Assembly (NCBI GenBank): GCA_024137785.1
Contig: JAHRHZ010000271.1
Span: forward strand, 18,983,986 to 19,047,985
Source of the DNA: Ginglymostoma cirratum
Lineage: Eukaryota
Reading direction: 5' to 3'
DNA length: 64,000 bases
The notes beneath the pieces were generated by a model, which was given only the letters and a program-made list of their open reading frames with translations, was not told the origin of the DNA and ran no database searches. How positions within the stretch are numbered: position 1 is the stretch's first letter; each line of letters opens with the position of its first letter. Below, piece after piece: positions 1 through 12,581 of this stretch. The translations under genes were made by a program, and so were the position numbers.

Positions 1-1950
1 AACGTTCTTCGCTGGTGATTGTTGTGCAGTGTCGATCTGTCCATGGTTGTAGCATCTGCATGGTCTCACCAATATACCGTGCCTCAGGGCATCCTTGCCT
101 ATAGCGTATGAGGTAGACAACATTGACCGAGTCACATGAGTATCTGCCGTTAACATAGTGGCTGGTGTTCCTACGTATGGTGGTAGTGTCCAGTTTGATG
201 ATCTGATATGTCTTGCAGAGGTTGCCGTGGCAGCTTTATGTGGTGTTGTGGTCGATGTCCTGAAAGCTGGGATGTTTGCAGCGAACAATGGTCTGTTTAA
301 GGTTTGGCGGTTGTTTGAAGGCGAGAAGTGGAGGGAATATCTTGTTGAGATGCTCATCGTCATCAATGACATGTTGAAGTCTGAAAAGAACATGGTGTAG
401 TTTCTCTGCTCCGGGAAAGGACTGAATGACAAAGGGTACTCTATTGGTCTTTTCCTGTGTCTGTCTTCTGTCTGATGGTGGGATGAAACTTGTTGCTATC
501 ACTGTTGTTTCAGTGATTCCTTGCCATGAGTCCAAAGGAGGAAAATGTTGTCAATGCATCTGGTGTATAGTGTTGGTTGGAGTTCCTGCGCAGCAAAGAA
601 GTCTTGCTCGAACCTGTTCATGAAAATGTTGGCACACTGGGGAGCAAATTTGATTCCAGTGGCTGTTCCAAGTGTCTGGATGAAGAACTGGTTGTCGAAG
701 GTGAAGACGTTGTGTTCGAGGCTGAAGTGGACAAATTGTAGGATGGCATCTGGAAATTGGTAGTTGTTGGTATTGAGTAGTGAGGCTGTTGCAGCGATGC
801 CATTGTCGTGGGGGATGCTGGTGTAGAGTGCCAAAACATCCATTGTAATGAGGAATGTTCCTGGTTTGACTGGTCCATGGGAGCTGAGTTTCTGTCAGAA
901 GTCTGTAGTGTTGCAACAGAAGCTGGGGGTTCCTTGTATGATGGGTTTCAAGATGCCCTCGACACAGTCAGAGAGGTTCTCACACAGTGCCCCATTGCCT
1001 GATACAATGGGACGTCCAGGTGTGTTGGCTTTGTGTATCTTCGGAAGGCAGCAGAAGTCTCCTATGTGAGAAGTACGTGGGATGAGAGTAAACAGGATAT
1101 TCTGAAGGACTGGATCAAAAGTCTTGATCAGTCTGTTGAGTTGACAAGTGTGTTCTTGGGTTGGATTGGCAGGCAGTTGTCCGTACTGTTCCTGCTTGTT
1201 CACTTGTTAGTACACCTCTTTGCAGTACTCCATTCTATATTGTATGACGATGGCTTCTCATTTGTCTGCTAGTCTGACGAAAATCTTGCAGTTGGTCTTG
1301 ACAGTATGATGGCGTTGCGTTGTGCTTGGGTGATGTTCTGCACTACCTTGTGAGTACAGCTGAAGAATCTGGCATTAACGCATCTCCTGACAGCTTGAGC
1401 ATACATATCAAGCCTAGGGCAGCGGCCTTCTGGGGGGGTTCCAATTCAACTCCTTCTTTGGTTGCTGTACCAAGGATTTCTCTGTCGACTGTTCCAGTTC
1501 ATTGGTTGTCTCATTGGGCTCTCTGCTGACATGTTGGGGTTTGTGGAAGAATTCCGAGAGCCTCATTCACCTGATGAATTCCTCTGTCTGCCACAAAACC
1601 AATGGGGCCCATTTTGGTAGTGGGGCAGAAACTCAGCCTTTGGCTGAGAACTTCAATTTTGTTTAGTTGAAGGGTGCCGTCAGATAAATTAATGATGTAT
1701 TTTCCCGTGGTGGTACCACTTTCAACTGTGGTACCAGGGGAGGCTTGGTTACTGCTGGTGGTGATGCCAAGGTTCTCTAGTTTCCTGTTCTTGTTATACA
1801 TGTGGGTGGTGTAGTTCAGTTGCCTCATCTGCTTGGCAGTATCTTGTAACTGTTCTGCTGTATCTCTTGAGCGCAAGCTGAGAATATGGACTCTACCTCA
1901 ATTATAAAAGTTGCAGCACCTACTGTAGAGTGGGTGTAGGAGATGATTTT
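1..1950 (-). mobile_element. Decayed Penelope-like retroelement ORF (reverse transcriptase + GIY-YIG endonuclease), runs off the window start
   Basis: Minus-strand peptides GDFCCLPKIHKANTPGRPIVSG (895-1203), MDVLALYTSIPH...QTLGTATGIKFAPQCANIFM...YTRCIDNIF (499-843) and SCDSVNVVYLIRYRQGCPEARYIGET (~60-150, GIY-YIG); broken by stops and frameshifts. Confidence 0.9.
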
Positions 1951-2119
1951 AGGAGTTTGCGAGAGGGGCGACGGCAGAGTCTCTCAGCGTCATCTGAGTT
2001 GTAGATCGATTTCTGTATCTGTAAAATCTTCTTTACTTTCCTGTTTTGACAGCATCACCTTGATAAATAGTGATGATCTCGCTACCTTAATTAGTGTTGA
2101 GGTTTTGAATTACTTCTTC

Positions 2120-2153
<34 letters not shown>

Positions 2154-2290
2154 TATATTTATATACTCTCTCACCCTGTCCAGCACGCACACTGTCTCAC
2201 TCTCTCACACACACACATACTCTCTCTCTGTCTCTCTCACCCCCCCAACGCGCACACACTCACACACACTCACACACATACACACACACA
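2120..2290. repeat. (CA)n/(CT)n compound microsatellite
   Basis: Direct runs of acacac and ctctct. Confidence 0.95.
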
Positions 2291-2685
2291 TCTAATGGGT
2301 GCATCATTTCATCCAAAATGTTCGTTTATTTGCAGATACATTCTATTTTGTTCAAAAACACAGAAATTGTAGTCACAGTCAATCAACGTGGCATCTAAAA
2401 AATGCCAGCTTTCGCAGTGAAATCAGCCTGAATCCAAGTTTAATCTCTGAGACAGATTCTGAACAAAGCCTCACACCTACAATTCAGTGTCTGACCTGAA
2501 TGTCTCCTTTTGTACAGTCCCATGTCTTTGCCTGATTGTCATGACAGCAAGCACTGATATTGACGTGATAAACACTTTTCTCACCGTCTAACACTCTTGG
2601 TCACCTGCAGCGACTTATTATCTGACACCCGACTCACACCAGTTGTATGATCTTTTGACCTCTCTGCCCTGCTCTCTCACTGCAC

Positions 2686-2712
2686 CTGATGAAGGGCTGT
2701 GCTCTGAAAGCT
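2686..2712 (+). ncRNA. Minimal hammerhead ribozyme-like motif
   Basis: CTGATGA, helix II AGGGC-TGT-GCTCT, GAAA, then GCTT (palindromic AAGCTT as helix III). Confidence 0.55.
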
Positions 2713-2915
2713 TGTGTGATTCCAAATAAACCTGTTGGACTAGAAGTCATGTGACTTCTAAAAAAGTGATTGGAATGGCAGATATAAGGAAATTTTCTGC
2801 ACAGGTGGTTAAAGTTATTATCTGAGCAATTGGCTTAGAGCTCACACTCTTAATTTCTCAAAGAATACTGGATGAAAGTTTTAATTTACTCTTGCTGCTA
2901 CTTTTGTCATTACAG

Positions 2916-3040
2916 ATGAGGCAGAGAGTGACAAAGAGCGAGCCTGTGACACTCTATTGATGTGTATAGTAACAGTATTAAATCATGGTCTACGTAATGG
3001 AGGCGGTGTTGGAGATATACTCAGACAACCGTCGAAAGAT
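2916..3040 (+). CDS. ITPR3: Inositol 1,4,5-trisphosphate receptor type 3, internal exon (pore helix and selectivity filter)
   Basis: tacag|AT GAG...AAA GAT|gtaagt; encodes [41 protein letters not shown], containing the GGGVGD filter; [17 protein letters not shown] fits type 3 given the downstream exons and UQCC2 synteny. Confidence 0.95.
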
Positions 3041-3709
3041 GTAAGTAAATCTTTATAATGAGACACCTCGAAGCATTTGTCTCTCACCTCCACAGTTTCA
3101 ATTTTAAAATCTAGCAGTAAGTAACCATAACTACTCACTGTTTTTATATGTGTGCATGCAGCTTTGCTGAATTTTCCCTTGAAGACGCAGACTCACCAAA
3201 ATAAATTCAATCTTTTAAAATTACTGTTATGTAATTTCCCCACCCAAATATTTTATCAATCCTTTTAAGAAACACCATACTACTGTCCATTCTCATTATC
3301 AAGACTTATGTTCCAGCTTCTAAAGTGTATTACTGTCAATTAAGAACCAGTCACTTCAAACTATTAAAAAGTGACAGGAGATTTAATATTTCATGTTCAG
3401 TTTTCCTGTGTGAATTTGCCTTTCCCATTTTTGGCATTTCATCTAATGGCACAGGTTTTAATTGAAAATAAAAGGAATCTCAAGTAAACCACTATCCTAC
3501 CAATGTGCTGCAGTATCACTCTGTGTGTTCTAACTTATCATCACGGTTAATAGTAACCACATCTTTAAGTTAAGCCAGTGGTGATGAATTACCTTGAAGC
3601 ACATACACATATATTACAGAGTAAGCAAATTGGAAAGGCCTTCTTTCAATGTCTTTAGTACATTTGTTTTTTACATGTTGTCTGACTACCAACAAAAAAG
3701 TGAAAAATT

Positions 3710-4220
3710 TCATAGAGTCCCTACAGTGCACATAGATGCCATTTGGCCCTTCAAGTCTGTACTAACCCTCCAAACAGCATCACACCCTATGCCCATAACC
3801 CATGGTTAGCCCACCTAGCCTCCACATCCCTGAACTTTGGGAGGAAACCAGAGCTCCTGGCAGAAACCTACACAGACAGGAGGAAAATCATAGAATCCCT
3901 ACAGTGTGAAAAAAGGCCATTTGGCCCAATAGGTTCACACCAACCCTCTGAAGAGCATCCCACCCAGACACATACCTCTACCGTTCCCTGTAATTCTGCA
4001 TTTCCCGTGGCTAACATACTTAACCTACACAACCCTGAACACCACAGGCAATTTAGCATGGCCAATTCACCTAGCCTGCACATCTTTGGGCTGTGGGAGG
4101 AAACCAGAGCACCCAGAGGATGCCCACACAGAATGGGGAGAATGTACAGAATCCGACAGACAGTCACCCAAGGATGGGATTGAACCTGAGGTCCTGGTAC
4201 TGTGAGGTAGCAGTACTAAC
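3710..4220 (-). mobile_element. HE1-like tRNA-derived V-SINE plus an adjacent partial copy
   Basis: Reverse complement gives TGGCTCAGTGGTTAG (A box), GGTTCAATCCC (B box), V-domain TGCTCTGGTTTCCTCCCACAG...GATGTGCAGG and a CR1-like tail. Confidence 0.85.
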
Positions 4221-5176
4221 CACTGAGCCATCATACTGCCTGAGCAGGGTAGTTAACTTTTTTTGACAACCTATGCATAGTACAGAAATAGACCATTCAG
4301 ACCAACAGGCCCTTAATTAACTCACACATCTTCCCATCTATCTTACCCAACCTATAAACATATTCTACTCATTTCTCCCTTTTCCCTTGAATGCATTTTT
4401 GCAATTTGCATTAGCTAAATGCTGTTGTAGTCAGTTCAACATTCAAAACTCTCTGGTGTCAACATTTTTCCAGAATTCCTGGTTGATTTCTTGGTGACTA
4501 TATTTTACTTACAGCCACAAGTTCTGGTCTTGCACACGTTGAAATAACTTCTACCTGATTTACCTTATCAATCCCTTTCACAATCTTGAACGTCTATCTC
4601 TCTTATATGTCCCATTTTGGAGGAAAAAATAGGTCATTCTACTAATTTTCCCCTTCAAGGCCTCTGTAAGCCTTTTTATAAGGAAACCAGAACTGTTCGC
4701 AGTATTCTGAATGTAACCTAACCAAGGGTTTATACAATTTTAACATAAGTTAAAACATAACACAAGATAGTGAGCTGGGAAACAGAATCACAGCTGGAGA
4801 TTGAGATGAAAATCTGGATAAAATAATTTATTTCAAACAACATGAACAAAATAAGGTAGAAATTAACTAAGAACTACCCACATTATAAGAAAAGAAAGTT
4901 AAAGATATAAAGAGGAGTAAACGGGAGAACATTAGTTTAGCACATACAGGTCTCACAAAAGCCTTGGCTTGCTTGTTTCAGAGGGAAATTTTTCATGTAT
5001 TAAATAATAAGCATTGACCGTCAAAAGACCGTCAAAAGAAATATAGAATTCTCCTTAACATGGTGTCTGAAAATTATTATTTATACATTTCAAGTTAGTT
5101 CAGATTATTTTGCAGAAGCATAAGGATATTGAACTTGAAGACTAAATGTAATTCTACAATGATTGATGTATTCCAG

Positions 5177-5342
5177 GAAGCTCTCTTTCCTGCTCGTGTT
5201 ATCTTTGATCTGCTATTTTTCTTCATTGTCATCATTATTGTGTTGAACCTGATTTTTGGTGTTATCATTGACACCTTCGCTGATTTGAGAAGTGAGAAAC
5301 AAAAGAAAGAAGAAGTCCTGAAATCAACCTGTTTTATCTGTG
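5177..5342 (+). CDS. ITPR3: ITPR3 exon (TM6 and start of linker)
   Basis: ccag|GAA...TGT G|gtaag; [55 protein letters not shown]; phase matches both neighbours. Confidence 0.97.
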
Positions 5343-5649
5343 GTAAGTGCTGATATCTGATACTTGTTCACCAGATGAATAAAAACAGCTCATGAAATGT
5401 CTGCTGCAATAATTACATTTTCAGATTGAAAATAATAGATCAATCTGGTTCAGTACTATTTTGTATGTTGGAAGAAACCGGTAATGTTACTTTAACTAAT
5501 CATCTCACAGCCTCCTAAGACGCTGTGTGGAGAAATTAAGTGCCTCTTGCATCACATCTTAGTGGGTAGCTGACGTGATATGTTCGATGGCCTAAGACCC
5601 ATGTACAAAATCGCACTTCAGTATATCCCTCACCCTTGCTTAGGTCAAA

Positions 5650-5940
5650 AATAGGGGACATATTTTTAAGGTGAGAGGAGAAAGTTTTAAGAAGAACATG
5701 AGGAACAACTTTTTTACAGAGAGAGTGGTTTATGTGTGAACTGAACTGCTAGAGGAAGTGGTGATGCAGGTATATTTACAACATTTAAAAGATATTTGGA
5801 TAATTACATGAATAGGAAAGATTAAGAGGGATATGGGTCAAATGCAGGCAATTGGGTTGAGTTTAGTTTGGGAATGTAGTCACCGTGGACTAGTTGGACC
5901 GTAAGTTCTGTTTCCGTGCTGTATAACTCAATGGCTGTAT
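5650..5940 (+). mobile_element. CR1 LINE 3' fragment
   Basis: Similar to the 3' ends of the long CR1 copies at ~45720-46010 and ~39100-39400. Confidence 0.75.
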
Positions 5941-5944
5941 TGTT

Positions 5945-7240
5945 GTGCTTCAGTGGTGGATGAGGTACCGATCAAGGAGGCTGCTTTGTTCTGGATGGTG
6001 TCAAACTTGATTGTTTTTGGAGCTGTACCTACTTTTGCAAGTGCAGAGTATGCAATCACACTCCTGACTTGTGCTTTTTAGATGGTGGACAGACCATAGA
6101 GAAGCTGGAGGTGAGTTACTCACCGCACCTCACCACACAGTTTCTGACCTTGACCAGCTTTTGTAGCACAGTATTTATGTGGTTGGTCCAGTTCAGTTTC
6201 TGGTCAGTCGTAGCTTCCAGAGTGTTGATAATGGGGGATTCAGCGATGGCAATGCTATTGAATGTCAAGGGCACATATCCCTCTTGTTTGAAATGATCAT
6301 TGCCTGGCACTCATGTGACACAAATTTTACTTGTCACTTATCAGCTCAAACCTGTATATTGTCCAAATCTCACTGCTTATGCACACAAGCTACTTCGGTA
6401 CCTGAGGAGGTACAAATTATGCTGAATGTTGTACAAACATGAGGAAACATACCCACTCCTGACTGTATGATGGAGAGAAAGTCATTCGTGAAGCAGTTGA
6501 AGATGGTTGGGCTCGGACACTACTCCGGAGAATTTCTGCAGAGATGTCCTGGAACTGAGTAAGGTTGACCTCCAACGATCACAACCATTTTCATTTGTAC
6601 AGTGGAGACCTTTCCCCATAATTCACATTGACTTCAGTTTTGCTAGGGCTCCTTGATACCACACTCAATCAAATGCTTCTTGATGTCAAGGACAGTCACT
6701 TGTTTACGAGCAAGTGTTCTTTGAATGCACTGTCAAACAACCCTGCCCATAACTTGGCTGATGAACAAGAGTAGGTTGATTGGGTGGTAAGTAACCTTGT
6801 TGGATTTGTCCTGCTATTTGTGGACAGGGCATACCGGGACAATTTTTTCACATACCAGACAGATGCCAGTGTTGTAACTGCACTGGAACTGCTTGGGTAT
6901 GGGTGTGTCTATGGGTCACAGATTGTCAGAGCCCATAATTAGTATCTTCAGCTTTTCTTGATATTATGTGGAATGAATGGAATAGTTTGAAGACTGCTAG
7001 CTGTTGTGTGGGGCATCTAAGGAGGAAGCTGAGATAGATCATCCACTCGGCACTTCTGGCTGAAGATGGTTAAAAATTCTTCAGCTTTATCTTTTGCACT
7101 GTCATCACTAAGGATAGGAATATTTGTGCAGCGTTCTCTACTCATTAAACATTCACCACCATTCAAGATTGGATGTGGCAGGACTTTAGAGTTTTGATCT
7201 GATCCATCGATTATGGGATCACACAGTTCTAAGTGGCATT
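5945..7240 (-). mobile_element. Old CR1-clade LINE fragment (second family)
   Basis: Minus-strand peptide INTLEATTDQKLNWTNHINTV; similar to 25850-27360 (+). Confidence 0.65.
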
Positions 7241-7367
7241 CAGGAAATGCTGTAGCCTATGTTTGATCTTATGCCATGAGAGTTTAATTGTTCCAGCATT
7301 AATGTTGAGCATTTCCAGGGTCACTCCCTCCCAACTGCAGGTTTCTTTTTTTTTTCTTTTTTATTGC

Positions 7368-7461
7368 TTTTCTGAAGCAGGGTCTAGACCCGGAACGTCA
7401 GCTTTCCTGCTCCTCTGATGCTGCTTGGCCTGGTGTGTTCATCCAGCTCTACACCTTGTTA
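7368..7461 (+). mobile_element. PLE-terminus short element with degenerate hammerhead
   Basis: CTGAAGCAGGGTCTAGACCCGGAACGTC followed by the family body GCTTTCCTGCTCCTCTGATGCTGCTTGGCC. Confidence 0.8.
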
Positions 7462-7515
7462 GCCTACATCCAACACCTCAAGTAGCTTTTAAATTCAATG
7501 AAAAACAAAAACAAA

Positions 7516-7636
7516 CTACAAATGTTGTAAATGTGAAACAAAAACAGGAAGTGCTGGAGAAACTCGGCAGGTCTGGTAACATCTGTAGAAAGAAAAATAG
7601 AGTTAACGTTTCGAGTTCAGTGACCCTTTCTTAGAC
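7516..7636 (-). mobile_element. PLE-terminus short element (related subfamily), degenerate hammerhead
   Basis: Reverse complement CTAAGAAAGGGTCACTGAACTCGAAACGTTAAC; similar to 52160-52295. Confidence 0.65.
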
Positions 7637-7639
7637 TTG

Positions 7640-9195
7640 GAGGCAGTAAGGACTGCAGATGCTGGAAGCTAGAGTGGAGCTAAATGTGGAGCTGGAAAAG
7701 CACAACAGTTCAGACAGCATCCGAGGAGCAGCAAAGTCAATGTTTCGGGCTGAAACCCTTTGTCAGGGCTGGGGAGGGGGAGGGGTGCTGAGAAATAAAT
7801 TGAGGGAGGGGATTGGGGCTATGGGGAGGGGGATGCAGGTAGGGGTTATTGTGGTTCGTCAATGTAAAGGGTGGAGCAGCTAGGTGAACAGAAAGATGGA
7901 CAGAGTGGGGGAGGAGAGATTTTGAAGCTGGTGAAGTCAATATTCGGGCCATTGGGCTGTAAACTCCCAAGGCAAAATATGTGTTGTTGTTCCTCTAGTT
8001 AGTCCCCTTCCACCAACGCTCGCATTTATTTGGCAGAACTGGTCCTCACTCTCAGCAGTTCTTCCTTTGATTCCTCCCACTTCCTACAAAATAAAGGGGT
8101 AGCTACGGGTGCCCATGTAGACCCAAGCTATGCCTGCCTGTTTGTAAGATTTGTGGAACAGTCCCTCTTTAACAACTATACCGGCACCATCCCCCGCCTC
8201 TTTCTCTGCTACGTTGATGACTGTATCGGTACTGCCTCGTGCTCCCACAAGGAACTCAAACGTTTCATCAACTTCGCTAACACCTTTCACCGCAGCCTCA
8301 GATTCACCTGGATCATTTCTGACACCTCCCTCCCCTTCCTGGACCTCTCCCTCTCCATCTCTGGGAACCGACTCACCACTGACGTCCATTTCAAATTCAC
8401 TGACTCCCACAATTACCTTGACTACACCTCCTCTCATCCACCCTCCTGCAAAAATTCTGTCTCATACTCACAATTCCTCCACCTCTGCTGCATCTATTCC
8501 CAGGATGAGGCATTCTACTCTAGGTCTTTCCAGATATCCTCCTACTTTAGAAATCGTAATTTCTCCTCCTCTGTTAATAAGGATGCCCTCAACCGCATCT
8601 CCACCATTTCCCGTGCTTCTGCCCTCAAACCCTCTCCTCCCCAACAGCAAGGATAGAGTCCCCTTAGTCCACCCCACCAACCTCCAAATACAACACATCC
8701 TCCTCTGACATTTCTGCCACCTAAAATCAGACACCACCATCAAAAAGATATTTCCCTCCCCACCCCTATTCACGTTCCACAGGGTTCATGCACACCACGT
8801 CTCTGTCATCAGGTCCATGATCCCCACCAACACCTCCACTACACTCAGTACCTTTCCCTGCAACTGCAGAAGATGCTACATCTGCCCCTACACCTTCCCT
8901 TTCGCCTCCATCCAAGGCCCCAAAGAGTCCTTTCAAATCTGACAGAGATTAATGCACTTCATCTGATCTCATCTACTGTATACGTTGCTCTCAATGTGGT
9001 CCCCTCTATATGGGGAGACCAAACGCAGACTTGGCGACTGGTTTACGGAGCACCTGCGCTCTGCATGCACCATCCAACCTGACCTTCTGATTTCAGTTCC
9101 CTGGTGACATGCCCATCATTGGCCTCCTCCATTGTCAGAGTGGGGCCAAAGTAAACTGAAGGAACAACACCTCATATTTTGCTTTGGGATCTTAA
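7640..9195 (+). mobile_element. Penelope-like element: RT/GIY-YIG body on + (~8000-9195) preceded by an inverted copy of its 3' end (~7640-7998)
   Basis: ORF 8030-8656 has QNKGVATGAHVDPSYACLFV...CYVDDCIG...LPFLDL; YCIRCSQCGPLYxGETKRRL near 8975-9030; the upstream minus segment encodes LEEQQHIFCLGSLQPNGPNIDFTSFKI and then a hammerhead remnant at ~7738-7766. Confidence 0.9.
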
Positions 9196-9594
9196 CGTTT
9201 ATATGTAACTCGCAATGAATACCTAGCAACAAAGATTCAAATGCCATTCAGTGCTCCACCAGCAGTCAATGCAAGTGTGACTTTTCACTCCATGATCTAG
9301 CACGACCACATGTTAATGGAAATGTCAGTCACTACCACTGCCATTTGCTGCCATTTTTTTCTGGGTATGAGCAGATTGACATAGAGAAACGCCCCTAGTC
9401 GAATTTTAAAAGTTGCCTTTGTGAAAATGAATATGGCTTTATTCTTGAATTTCCTTCTACAGTGGAATCAAGCCACATTAGACCAGCGGGGATATAAAAC
9501 CGCAGACCCAGAAATATTCCACAATTTGAACAAATATTTTCCAGGTTTGGTAACTTTTTTTTCTGGAAGTAATGTCTAATTTTGTTTTGCACAG

Positions 9595-9755
9595 GCCTTG
9601 AGCGTGACAAGTTTGATAACAAGACTGTATCATTTGAAGAGCACATTAACAATGAACACAACATTTGGAATTATTTATACTTCATTGTATTGATTAATGT
9701 CAAAAAAAAGACTGAATACACAGGTCCAGAGAGCTATGTTGCTCAAATGATGAAG
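9595..9755 (+). CDS. ITPR3: ITPR3 exon (linker domain, Zn-binding His residues)
   Basis: acag|GC CTT...AAG|gtaat; [54 protein letters not shown]. Confidence 0.97.
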
Positions 9756-10309
9756 GTAATATTTTAATTAAGCAAAATATTGTACTGAGTTTAATCTTGA
9801 AGCTCATTCAACAAAACTCACAACTACATAAACTAGTATACTTAAAGATGGAAAAAGCTGCCTGGAGTTCTACGACCTCTGAGACCTTGGTTCCCATCCA
9901 GCTCATCCCAGGTGGAAGATGGTATCTTTGTCCTGTTAGCTGAAACAAATTTGGATAAACTCTTTCTGCTTTTATGTGTATGAACAGAGATACATTAAAA
10001 AAAAAATCCCTAATTCAGTGAAAACCAGTACAAAATACTTACTTCAGGCAGTGGAAAAAAATCAGAAAATCAGGCATTAAGCCCTCTTTTGAGTGAGGAT
10101 ATTATAGCAGAGTTGATGGAAGCCTTATTCTATACCTGACCAAACTATAGCTGAACTAAGAATAATCAATGTCAACTCCAAACTGCAAATCAGCTTTCAT
10201 AGTTTATGCTCAATTTAAAACTGCTCATGTCAATGGGACAGACCAATAAAATGTCACCTGTCAATTTCTTGTTATTTTTACTTCCAATTTCATGCAATAA
10301 TCCCAGATT

Positions 10310-11080
10310 TTGTTTTTAATCATTTATGAATATGGATGTCACTGGCAAGACCAGCATTTATTGCCCATTCCTAATTGTCTTTTGAGAGTTTGATGATTCA
10401 TAGTCATCTCAGACTACTGCATTCCTTTTTGACATAGGTTCACTCTCAGTGCCATTAGGAACACAGTTCCCAAATCTAATCCTGCCTCAGTGAAGAGATG
10501 ACAATGTATTTCCAAGTTAGGATAATTTTTGACTTGAAGGGGATCTTTCAATTGATGTTGTCCCATATGCATTTGGGCTTTATATTTGTAGCTGACAAAG
10601 GTCATAGTGTTGGAAGATGAGTCAAAGAGACTTGACAGGTTGATGCATTATATCTTGTAGTTGGTACACGCAGCTGCCGTTGTATGCTGGTTGTGGAGGA
10701 AATGAATGTTAAGATGTGCCACCAGTCCAGAAGACTGCTTTGTTCTGTATTGTGTTGAGCTTCCTCAACATTGCTAGAGCTGCAACTGGAAAATATTCTG
10801 CCACATACCGGACTTGCAGGTGGCAAACAGGTTTTGGGCAATCAATTAGTTAAGTGAGTTACCTGCTGCTGAAGTTCCAGCCTCTGACTTGTCAAAGCTA
10901 TAATATTTATGTGACTGGTTGGTTAAATTTCTGGTCTTTCAGAATGTTGATGTTGGGGGAATTCGGTGATACTATTGCTGTTGAAATGACAAGGGGAGAT
11001 AGATTAGATTCTGTCTTGTCGGTGGTGGTCTTTGCCTGACATTTGTTAGTGCAATTATTATTTGACTATTGCCTTGTCTA
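10310..11080 (-). mobile_element. Old CR1-clade LINE 3' fragment
   Basis: Shares the CCAGCATTTATTGCCCAT tail and body with 28305-29130 and 5945-7240. Confidence 0.6.
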
Positions 11081-11214
11081 GCTTTAGTAACACTACCCCA
11101 CTTTTATACTCCATTTCCTTTGAAATAAAGGCCAATGCTCCATTTTCCTTCCCTTTTACCTGCTGAAGTTGGCTGCTAGCTAGTTAGTTATCTATTTCGT
11201 TCTGACAAAATTCC

Positions 11215-11655
11215 ACACTGTTGATGGGTGATGACCTTCGATTGCAATGTTAAACCAACGCCCTATTTGCCTGCTCCGATAGTTTAAAAGATTTCTGATA
11301 AAATTTGCCCAATGGGATTTCTATCTGTGTCTGCCCTGATATTTACCACTGAACCAGCAACATTAAAAGAGGTTATCTGCTTATTTATTTCCCTACTGTT
11401 TGTGGAACTTTGCTGTATGACATTTGACTGCCATTTTTACCTGCAATGGTGAATACACTTCAAAAATACTTACAATAGAAAAAAACAACTGCTGGAAATA
11501 CTCAGCAGGTATTTGTGGAGAGAAAAACAAAATTAATATTTTGGATCTGAGCTTTCAACAAACTCGATCAAAAATAGTTAATTGTTTATGAAAAACTTTG
11601 GGATGTCTTCCTGAGAAAATGAAAAATACTAGTATGTGCAAGTTCTTTTCTTTCA
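11215..11655 (+). mobile_element. Deu-domain SINE (SacSINE1/AmnSINE1-like), interrupted by a PLE-terminus remnant at ~11475-11580
   Basis: GTTAAACC...GTTTGTGGAACTTTGCTGT...TACACTTCAAAAATACTT...TTTGGGATGTC...GCAAGTTCTTTTCTTT resembles the recalled DeuSINE body and tail. Confidence 0.6.
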
Positions 11656-11769
11656 ATGTGCCTCATTCATGCTGGAGGATTGAACGTAATAATAAATGCC
11701 GTAGATTTTGTGGCATTCCCAAAATGTAAATAACCAGAATACCAGTTGTTGTTTTATTACTTCCTATAG

Positions 11770-11931
11770 ACTAAAAATCTAGATTGGTTTCCACGTATGC
11801 GTGCTATGTCTCTGGTCAGCAATGAAGGAGAAGGAGAACAGAATGAACTTCGAAATCTACAGGACAAGTTGTTCATGACAATGAAGCTTGTATCAAACCT
11901 CACAAACCAACTTACAGAACTAAAAGAACAG
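11770..11931 (+). CDS. ITPR3: ITPR3 penultimate exon (coiled-coil tail), GC donor
   Basis: tatag|ACT...CAG|gcatgt; [54 protein letters not shown], 162 nt, phase 0 at both ends. Not in the ORF track. Confidence 0.95.
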
Positions 11932-12581
11932 GCATGTATTTAAAGTACCTCATTTATTGTATCAAAGGACAAATTTGCATATGAGGAAATCAAAGTTATT
12001 TTTCAAGTATTATTCCTTTATTGCTCTGGATTCCCTTTTTCTTTTCTGCCCTTTGTCAAGCATTTACATGGTTACAGAGGAGAGAGGTATATGAGGATTC
12101 TGGCCATGATATTCCACCACAAGTGGTGGTGGATTTTTTGAACTAATTATTCTTTTCCTGTATAATCTTCCAGTTTGTATGAATTCAAAATAACATAATA
12201 TTGTAAACTGTGAACTTTAAACCTCAAACACTCTCAACCTCACAAGTTTACGGAAATTTGGAATCCACTCAATTTCTCTGCAGTAAAATATCAGTATAAT
12301 TATGTTGAGTATACTTTCTCCATTATAAATTATTTCTACCTGCTTATTTCCCAAGCAGCCGTTTTCCCCGTTTACCTTGTTTTAGAGTAAGAAGTTGGCC
12401 AAATAAATTGTAACAAAAAATTTAAGAACGTGATTGGACTTTATTATTAAGGTGGGGAAAATACATTAATATGGAAAAATTATTATAAATAAAAAAGTGG
12501 TTGATTCTTCTAAAGCTAATGTTATCATTAGACAATGTTGTAGATTTTAAGAAAATATAATTTATCTTTTGCTTTATATAG

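Larger units (their letters stand above)
1975..2760 (+). mobile_element. Probable PLE terminal repeat (pseudo-LTR), inverted relative to the adjacent ORF
   Basis: Contains a CA/CT microsatellite, a hammerhead-like core at 2686-2712 and the tail AATAAACCTGTTGGACTA, which is also seen at 35531-35548. Confidence 0.55.

Noticed and set aside
5016-5039. 11-bp tandem duplication GACCGTCAAAA
   Set aside because: Ordinary slippage duplication in an intron with no further signal.
8030-8708. 208-aa and 185-aa ORFs as a nested host gene
   Set aside because: The first is a fragment of PLE reverse transcriptase; the second is its overlapping shadow frame.
11936-11937. Canonical GT as the main donor of the penultimate ITPR3 exon
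   Set aside because: It adds 4 nt and breaks the conserved MTEQRKRRQR frame.
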